This document shows, in pieces, positions 39,701 through 48,700 of a stretch of 64,000 nucleotides of DNA. A program made the position numbers and the translations under genes. This stretch comes from Chiloscyllium plagiosum (lineage: Eukaryota): contig NC_057722.1 of the NCBI RefSeq assembly GCF_004010195.1, positions 65,727,932 to 65,791,931 on the forward strand, in the 5' to 3' direction. Below the pieces are notes generated by a model. It was not told where the DNA came from. It was given only the letters and a program-made list of their open reading frames with translations, and ran no database searches. Positions within the stretch are counted from its first letter, which is position 1. Each line of letters begins with the position of its first letter.

Positions 39701-42700
39701 GGCCTGCTTCCACACTGTAGGGAATCTAATCTAATGATTTTGTTGGTAATCTATTTCGCATCTGAACATCATAAAGTAAGTACTGCTGTCCCTGGGCTTA
39801 TGACTTGTGGATGGGCTGGACACAGCAAAGACCGGAACAATGGGTGATGGAGTGCAAGCCCATAAGGGAGAAAGCTCCTAATTTCACATTGATTAGGCCA
39901 TCAATGGAAAAGCATAGCAGTTCAGGCAGCACCCGAACTGCTGTGCTCTTCCAGCACCACTAATCCAAAATCTGGTTTCCAGCATCTGCAGTCATTGTTT
40001 TTATCCATCAATGGAAAAGCCCTAGATTACCAACTTTACACATCAAATTGCATAGAATTCCCACTCCTTCACAAGGGGCCATTTCATTCTTTGTGGATGG
40101 AAAACGCCCAAACAAAACCAAAATAACCAGTGATAAATAATTAAAACATTGCCATGACTTCGGTTGTCAGAATGGTAACTTTGACTAGAGGTGGCATGGT
40201 GGTTAAATGGTTTGCAGTGGTGCCTCATAGTGCCAGGGATTCAGATCCAACTTTGTGCGACTGTCCATGTGGAGGTTGCATGTTCTCCTCATGTGTGTAG
40301 GGGGTTTCCTTCCACGTCTAAAGATGTGCATGTCAAGTGAATTGGTCATGCTAAATTTCCCCTGTAGTGTCCAGGTGTTGGTGAGTTTGTCAAGGTAAAA
40401 ATGGCATGTGGGGTTACTGGGAGGATGGATCTGGATTGGATGCTCTTTGGAGGGTCGATTACTTTTTGATGGGCCGAATGGTCTCTTGCTGCAGTGTAGG
40501 GATTATGACTCTTATTTAGGGAAGTACTTATCTCTTGATCTCAGTTCCATTCAGAAGCAGGTTGTGATTTCCCTTGAATCAAATGCATTTTGTTATTGGT
40601 ATCTGCAAACGTAACCTTATCCATCATATTTAACAAAATTGTTGGTCATTCGTCTCAACTATCAATATTTAGGCTTCACCCAAATTTCTTTCCCCCTTGC
40701 TTCATCTGGTCGATACAAACACCTGCTAGCCTTATGTACTGATCTAATTTCCCACTAAATAAATCAATGCTTTTCCCCTCAGCTACCTCACCTTGTAACA
40801 TGTTCCACCCTATCAGTCATATCACGAATAAGGCTATCTATCTTAATATGGAGAGTTTATTGTTATTTTTATTCAAATCATTGCAGGTCAGCTATTTCTC
40901 TACCTGTGCGTGTCTAAGCAACAAACAAGAATTCCCTACGTTTTTCAGGACTGTGCCAAGCGATTTGTTTCAGGCCAAGGCTTTAGCTCAGTTTGTGGAA
41001 CATTTCGGTTGGACCTGGATCGGGACCATTGGAGGGGACAATGAGTACGGTCGGTATGGAATCCAAGCGTTCAGCGAGCTCGTCCAGCGAGCTGGAGTCT
41101 GTATCGCTTTCTCAGAAACGATTCTCAGAACATATTCCAAAGAAAGAATACTCAAGATTGTAGGCACCATAAAAATGTCGACTGCAAAGGTTATCTTGGC
41201 TTTTGCTTCCGAAGGTGACCTTTACCCGTTGCTGAAAGAAGTTGTCCGTCAAAATATCACTGGCATTCAGTGGGTAGCCAGTGAAGCATGGATTACAGCG
41301 GCACGACCTTCAACAAAGGGTAATTTCAAGTCTCTCGGGGGAACAATTGGATTTGCAAATCGCAAAATGGCAATCCCAAAGTTTAAAGACTTTCTTCTGA
41401 GTCTACGCCCTTCAATACATTCCACCAACGATTTTGTGAATGTTTTCTGGGAAACGATATTTGGTTGCACGTTTAACAGAAACAGCTCCGTCTTCCGCAC
41501 CAAGAAATGCACTGGACGTGAAAAATTACAAAAGGTGAAGAACTCTTTCTTTGATGTAACTCATTTGAGAGTTTCCTATAATGTCTACAAAGCAGTTTAT
41601 GCCATAGCTCATGCACTCCACAGTTTGCTATTTTGTGAAGATGAACTACTGGGAGCCTATCTTTGCGCTAATGTTTCCAATATCGAACCATGGCAGGTAA
41701 GAGGAATGAATGTTATATCAAACACTGATTTGGAGATGCCGGTGTTAGACTGGGCTGTACAAAGTTAAAAATCACACAATACCAGGTTATAGTCCAATAG
41801 GTTTAATTGGAAGCACTAGCTTTCTGAGCGCTGCTCCTCCACTACCACCTGATGAAGGAGCAGCGCTCGGAAAGCTAGTGCTTCCAATTAAACCTGTTAG
41901 ACTATATCCTGGTGTTGTGTGATTTTTAACTTTGTATCAAACACTGTAATGTAATGTCTATCTTAAATATGCAGATCCATAAACCGTACAAGTTGACTTG
42001 CATCGTTAGAGTGATGCATTGCAAATTATAATTAAAAAATATTTTATCTCAACGTTTACAAATAAATAAGTTCATTTGTCAATGTCTGGGCACTATAAAA
42101 GAAAATGGATCCAAACTATTACCATTCTATTCCGTTAACTTTGGAGAGCTGAAACATTAATATCTGGCTAGTGCTGCTTTAAATGATCTGGCAGCTCGGT
42201 GCTAGCATTTTGTTGACAACTCAGAGATTATGAAGATGTAAGAATTGACCCTAATTTTCTATGCAGTGTACGGGGATAGGAATGAGCTCTGTTCAAATCT
42301 AAATTTTGGCAAAATGCTATGGATCATAGAGTCCCTACAGTGTGGAAACAGGCCCTTTGGACCAACATGTCCACATCGACGCTTCGATGAGTAACCCAGC
42401 CCCTACCCTAGTACTCTACATTTACAACCTTACCTACACATCCCTGAACACTATGGACAATCTACCTAACCTGACATCTTTGGATTGTGGGAGGAAACTG
42501 GATCACCTGGAAGAAACCCACGCAGACATGGGGAGAATATCCAAATTTCGCACAGACAGTTGCCCGAAGATGGAATCGAACAAAGGTCTCTGGTGCTGTG
42601 AGGCCCTCATGATACACCAGACTCAAACCGATGATTCTGCTTCTCTCTCCATGGGTGCTGCCAGACCTGCTGAGTTTCTCCAGCATTCGCTCTATTTGTT

Positions 42701-45700
42701 TCTGCTGGGATTGCATCTCTTTCAATTTTTTTTTAATGAAAGCACACAGACATATCCACTAGTGAATAGTTGATTAATCTACTGAAGAGTGAGCAACAAT
42801 ATGGTAAACAGAAACCTGCTCAAGTTAAAGCTTTTGGTTACCAGAGAAAATATAAATGACCCCAGGTGGGCAGGGGTGAAGGGCAATAAGATTCCAGTTG
42901 AAAATTTGCACTTACAGTGGCTTTCATCACAGAAATCTAGTTTTGATTCTGTGTTCAGACACCTAGGCAGGGAGAAACAATGCCTAAATTTGTGAAAAAA
43001 AAATGTTTCTAAGCTCTGCAGTTCTTTCCCTAAGTCTGTTTGTTTTTCTACCTCCATTTGCACATTTAAGACATCCCTGTAAACCAGACTGTTTTGGTCA
43101 GAAATCTATTAACTCCTTACATAATTGTGTTAAATTTTGGATGTAAGCAAAGCCTTCAACGAGGTTCTACATGATATACTGGTTAGTAAAGTTAGATCAC
43201 ATGGGATCCAGGGACAGCTTGCCAACTGGACACAAAATTGGCTGATGGTAGGAGACAGAGGGTTGTGGTGGAGGGTTGTTCTTCAGATTGGAGGCCTGTG
43301 ACCAGTGGTGTTCCGCAAGGATTTGTTCGAGGTACACTTTTATTTGTCATTTATATATTGGATGAGAATATAGCAATCATGATTAGAACATAAAACATAG
43401 AAAAGTACAGCACGGAACAGGCCCTTTGGCCCACTATGTTGTGCCAAGGGTTAATCCTAATGTAAAGTAAAATAATTTAATCTATGCACCCCTCAACTTA
43501 CTGCTACCCATTAGTAGGTTTGTGGATGACTCCAAAATTGGTTGTACATAGAACATAGAACAGTAGAACATAGCACAGGGCCTTCGGCCCACAATGTTGT
43601 GCCAAGCATTTATCTTAATCTAAGATCAACCTAACCTACATACCCCTTAATTTACTGCCGTTCATATGCTTGTCCAGCAGTTGCTTAAATGTCCCTAATG
43701 TCTCTGACTCTACGATCACTGCTGGAAGTGCATTCCATGTGCCCACCACTCTCTGCGTAAAGAACCTACCTCTGATACCTCCCATATACCTTCCTATCAA
43801 CTTAAAATTATGGCACAGTAGAAAGTGAAGAAGGTTTTTTGAGAGTACAACAGGATCTTGAACAGTTGGGCCGCTGGGCTGACAAGTGGCCGATGAAGTT
43901 TAATTTCGATAATGTGAGGTTTTGTGTTTTGATAAAACAGAAAAACCGAGGGATTCTCGTCCATTGTTCCTTGAAACTGGCATCACAGGTTGACACTGTG
44001 GTGAAAAAGGGTGCCTTTATTAGTCAAAGCATTGAATATAGGAGTTGGGACATCATGTTGAGGCTGTACAGGACATTGGTGAGACCACGTTTGGAGTTCT
44101 GCCTACAGTTTTGGTTGCCAAATTGGCAAGGATGCAGAAAAGATTTACGACAAAGTTAATGGGACTAGACAATTTGAGTTACACTGAAAGGCTGGATAGG
44201 CTAGGACTTTTATCCCTGGAGCATAGAAGGTTAAAGGGTGAACTTGGAGAGGGTTTTAAAATCAGGACAGAAATAGATAAGGTGAATAGTAAAAATCCTT
44301 TTCCTAGAGTAGGGGAGTTCAAAACCAGAGGGCATACATTTAAGGTGAGAGGGAAAGCTTCAAAAGGGATCTTAAAAGGCACAACCATTTGCACAAAGAA
44401 TGTTTCGTATGTGGAATGAACTGCCAGCTAAAGTGGTAGAGGCAGGTACAGAAACAACATTTAAAAGACTTTTGGAGATGTACATGAATAGGAAAGGTTT
44501 AGAGGCATGTGGGCCAAATACAGGCAAATGGGACTAGTTTAGTTTGGGAAACCTGGTTGGCACGGATGAGTTGGACCAATGGATATGTTTCCATGCTGTG
44601 TGACTCTATGACGGTATGAATTATTCTGTGAAGCATTTTGGGAAAGGTGCTATGTACATGCAAATTATTGTTGCCACTGTTATAGGCACTTTTTAAAGCT
44701 ACAAGTGGATTATGTTAGTTCAGTAGACTAATGAACACATTACCATGTCCATGAATTATTTTGAGTAACTAAACATTCCGTTCTAATTACTCCTCTAAGC
44801 TATTTCAGCATTTAAAAGAAGTAAGATTTACCAACCGCTTTGACGAACACATATATTTTGATTCAAATGGAGATCCCACTGCATCATATGATATTATAAA
44901 CTGGCAGATGAAGCAGAATGGTTTGGTTGAACATGTAACAGTTGGCTATTTTGATGCATCTGCAGCAACTGGAAATAAGTTTATGATAAATGAAGATAGT
45001 ATTATATGGCATGGGAACAAAACAAAGGTAAGATCAATGCTTCTTTGTTCAATGAATTGTTTTGTTATTAGTGGAAGGAGCTAGATCATTCACAGATGAT
45101 ATCATAAAACTATTTCTTCATATCAAAGGTAATGGAAATCAAAATAATTTACCCAAACAGGAAACCATTTGAGCCATTGTATTTGTGTTGTTTCTTTGAA
45201 AAGTTGCCCATTTAGTTCCCCTCCTCTGTTCATCTCTTCCACAGTATAATGACCTTCTTTCAAGTATGTGTCTAGCTCCTTTTTGAAAACTGTTGCTGAA
45301 TTTGCTTCCAAAGTCTAATATCTGAAATTGGCCATCCACAAGATGCTGTGGGCCATCAACAGCAGCAGCAGAATTGTGTTGATTCAAATCAATAACCTTA
45401 AAACAGTGCATGTTCCTCATGGTATCATTATGAACAAACTAAGGAATTAACCCTGATCCATTTAGTAGTGCAGGATAGCAAGCCAGGAATAGCAATGCTT
45501 GGCTATGAACCATGACAGGTGTCATATCTCAGTGGGAGAACATTTTGGTGATCGTGATCATAACTCCATGACCTTTACTATACTCATGGAGAGGCATAGA
45601 AGCAGATGGTATGGAAAAGTAAAGAATTGGGGGAGGGGGAATTACAATCCTATTGGGCAGGAACTGGGGCACTTAAATTGGGAACATATGTTCTCAGGAA

Positions 45701-48700
45701 AATGCACAAGAGAAATGTGGAGGTTATTCAGGAAGAACCTGCTGATAGTGTTGGACAAGTTTGTCCCACTGAGGTAAGAAAAGGATGGTAAGTTGAAAGA
45801 ACCTTGGGTGACAAGGGATGTGGAACATCTAGTCAAGAGGAAGAAGGAAGCTTATTTAAGGTTGAGGAGACAAGGATCAGAAAGGGCTTTACAGGGTTAC
45901 AAAGTGGCCAGGAAGGAACTGAAGAATGGACATAGGAGAGCTAGAAGGGGGCATGATAAAGCTTTAGTGGGTAGATTTAAGGAAAGCCCTAAGGTGTTCT
46001 ACACTTATGTGAGGAACAAGAAGATAGCCAGAGAGTATGGCCAGTCAGGGATAGTGGAGGGAACTTGCGCCTGGAGTCAGAAGAAGTAGGGCAGCTTCTT
46101 AATGAATACTCTGCTTCAGTATTCACAATTGAGAGGGACATTGACATTTCTGAGGACAGCATGAAACAGACTGATATACTAGAACAGATTGGTGTTAGGA
46201 AGGAGGATGCACTAAAAGTTGTGAAAAAGATAGGATAGATAAATCCGCTGGACCGGATGGGATATATCCTAGGTTTGGCAATGATGTTTGTATCCTTACT
46301 CTCCACTTGAGTAGTACCAGATGATTGGAGGTTGGCCAATGTTATTCCCTTGTTCAAGAAAGGAAGTAGGGATAATCCTGGGAATTACAGACCAGTCAGT
46401 CTTACATCAGTGGTAGGCAAAGTATTGGAGAGGATTCTGAGAGACAGGATTTATGTTTACTTGGAAAACCATAGTTTAATTCGAGATAGTCAGCATAGCT
46501 TTGTGAGGGGTTGGTCATGCCTCACAAATCTTATTGAATTCTTTGAGGATGTGACAAGGGTTGAGCAGTAGATGTGGTGTACATGGATATTAGCAAGGCA
46601 TTTGATGAGGTTCCCATGGTAGGCTCATTCAGAAAGTAAAGAGGCAAGGGATACAGGGAAACCTGTCTGTCTGGACACAGAATTGGCTGGCCCATGGAAG
46701 ACAGAGGGTTGTGGTAGATGAAAAGTATTCAGCCTAGAGTTCAGTGACCAGTGATGTTCCTCAGGGATCAGTTCTGGGACATCTGCTCTTTGTGATTTTT
46801 ATAAATGACTTGGATGAGGAAGTGGAAGGGTGGGTTAGTAAGTTTTCCAATGATGCAAAAGTTGGTGGAGTTGTGGATGGTGTAGAGGGCTGTTATAGGT
46901 TGCAATGAGACATTGATAGGGTGCAGAACTGGGCTGATAGGTGGCAGGTAGATTTCAACCTGGAAAAGTATGAAGTCATCCATTTTGGAAGGTCAAATTT
47001 AATTCAGAACACAGGCTTAAAGGCAGGATTCTTGGCAGTGTGGAGGAATAGAGGGATCCCTCAAAGCTGCCACCTAGGATTGTTAAGAAGGCGTACGTTG
47101 TGTTGGCTTTCATTAGCAGGGTAATCGAGTTTAAGAGCTGCGAAGTTATGCTGCAGCTCTATAGAATCCTGATCAGACCACACTTGGAATATTGTGTTCA
47201 GTTCTGGTTGCCTCTTTCTAGGAAAGATGTGGAAGCTTTAGAGAGGGTGCAGAGGAGATTTACCAGGTTGCTGCCTGGATTGAAGGGCATGTCATATGAA
47301 GAAAGGTTGAGGGAGCGAGGGATTTTCTCATTGGAGTGAAGAAAGATGAGAGGTGACTTGATTGAGATGTACAAGATGTTGAGGGGCATAAATTGATGGA
47401 TAGAAAGAGACTTTTTTCTCATGGCAGAAATGTCTATTAAGAGGGGACATAATTTTGAGATAGCTTGAGGAAGGTTTAGGGGAGAAGTCAGAGGTAGGTT
47501 CTTTACTCACAGAGTGGTGGATGTGTTGAATGCACTGCCAGCAGTGATAGTAGAGTCAGATACATTAGGGACATTCAAGTGACTGTTGGATAGGCACATG
47601 GAAGTTAGTACAATGTAGGGTATGTAGATTAGTCTGATCTTAGAATAGGATAAAAGGCTGGCAGAACATTGAGGGCTGAAGGGCCTGTACTATTCTATGT
47701 TCTTTATTCTAAATGAGATGCCAACCTTGTGAAACTGCAACACACAATTACTTTTGTGCCAAACAGCAGAAACAGTGAGTGATTGATAGGTCTTAGAAAT
47801 TCCCAAACCAATGGATCAGATCATTATTTGGCAATCCTGTCACATTGAAATAACAAAATGAGAAACCTCTACAAATGTTTGCAGTCAAAAATGATGGGGG
47901 TGTCTGACACATTAGTTGAAACTTTTGTAGTCATCTTCAGCCAGAAGTGCCAAATGGTTCATTCATCTCTGAGTCTTTCTGATTATGACAGTTGCCTGTC
48001 TTCAGAAAATTCGATTCACTCAGTATTAAATCAAGAAACAACTGAGGGCACTGAATATCTGTAGGCAACATTCTGATAGTGATAATGAAGACCCGTTCAC
48101 AAAGCAGCACAGTTGATAAGCACCCAATCTACCACCTTAAACAGATATACACTCCACTAGGGGTACAGACTGTGAACCATCACAAAAGTATACTACAGCA
48201 TGACCTAATGCTTTCTATAACAGCAACTTCGACATCTGTGACCTCTGCCATCTACAAGGACACTATAATAGATCCAGTCATACAAAAGCTTCTATCCAAG
48301 TCATGTGCCATCCTGACTTTGAAATAAAGAGATTAGGTCGCCATAGTCCCATTCCCTCATTAGAGAGACAATTGGTGGTGAGGGTCACCATGCCTCAGGA
48401 AAGGGACAAGGTTGAAAAGGTGGGAACTTCATGGGTGAGGACCTCAGCTGGTACGAGAATTGAGTCCATGCTGTTGGTGTCATCACAAACTGAGCTACCC
48501 AACCTTTAGTTTGAAATATATTAATTTTTCTCATTGTCACACTGTCAAAGTCCTGGAATACCCTTCCAACAGTTCTGTATATTTTCCTGCACGGTATGCA
48601 CAGTAGAAAATCAAGAGAAGTGCTCATTGTGCCTTTCTCAAGGTAAAGGTGAAAAATAAATACTTTGATGTTTATGGGAGCTTCCAAAAACCTTTTTCAT

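Noticed and set aside
41728-41934. DNA-transposon MITE or pre-miRNA
   Set aside because: The arms are asymmetric with about 30 extra nt on one side, the TSD is 12 bp, and the sequence matches a Penelope terminus; nothing supports a miRNA
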